This document shows positions 63,906-64,000 of a stretch of 64,000 nt of DNA, piece by piece (position 1 is the first letter of the stretch; each line of letters starts with the position of its first letter). The stretch lies in sequence record ON286972.1; one strand, given 5' to 3'. A program made the position numbers and the translations under genes. The notes under the pieces were generated by a model. That model had not been told where the DNA came from and did no database searches. It saw nothing but the letters and a program-made list of their open reading frames with translations.

Positions 63906-64000
<95 letters not shown>

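Overview
AT-rich, gene-dense, mostly plus-strand 64 kb segment of a lytic T4-superfamily jumbo myophage, probably RaK2/GAP32-like and infecting Enterobacterales (inferred from gene content, not from a database hit). It carries replication genes (primase, gp41 helicase, clamp-loader subunits, two-subunit topoisomerase II, Dda helicase, RNase H, a family-C polymerase core split into two genes 31 kb apart) and nucleotide-metabolism genes (NrdAB, DHFR, MazG-like, HAD nucleotidase). It also has putative virion/head proteins, host-translation and proteostasis genes (IF3, Pth2, ClpS-like, GroES), an intein-containing C5 methyltransferase, a long accessory array with two paralogue families, and the start of a tRNA cluster. 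Main discovery: three genes (two tandem T4-T-like holins on the minus strand and a KTSC-domain gene) are each broken by a +1 frameshift exactly at an in-frame CGGA. An atypical tRNA at 63590-63659 has Gly identity elements and the anticodon loop CU-UCCG-AU, the exact 4-base complement of CGGA. Reading CGGA as Gly restores all three ORFs, including the conserved S-K-G of the KTSC fold. This suggests a natural phage-encoded quadruplet-decoding (+1 suppressor) tRNA that gates lysis genes. All family assignments come from motif recognition by eye; no searches were run.
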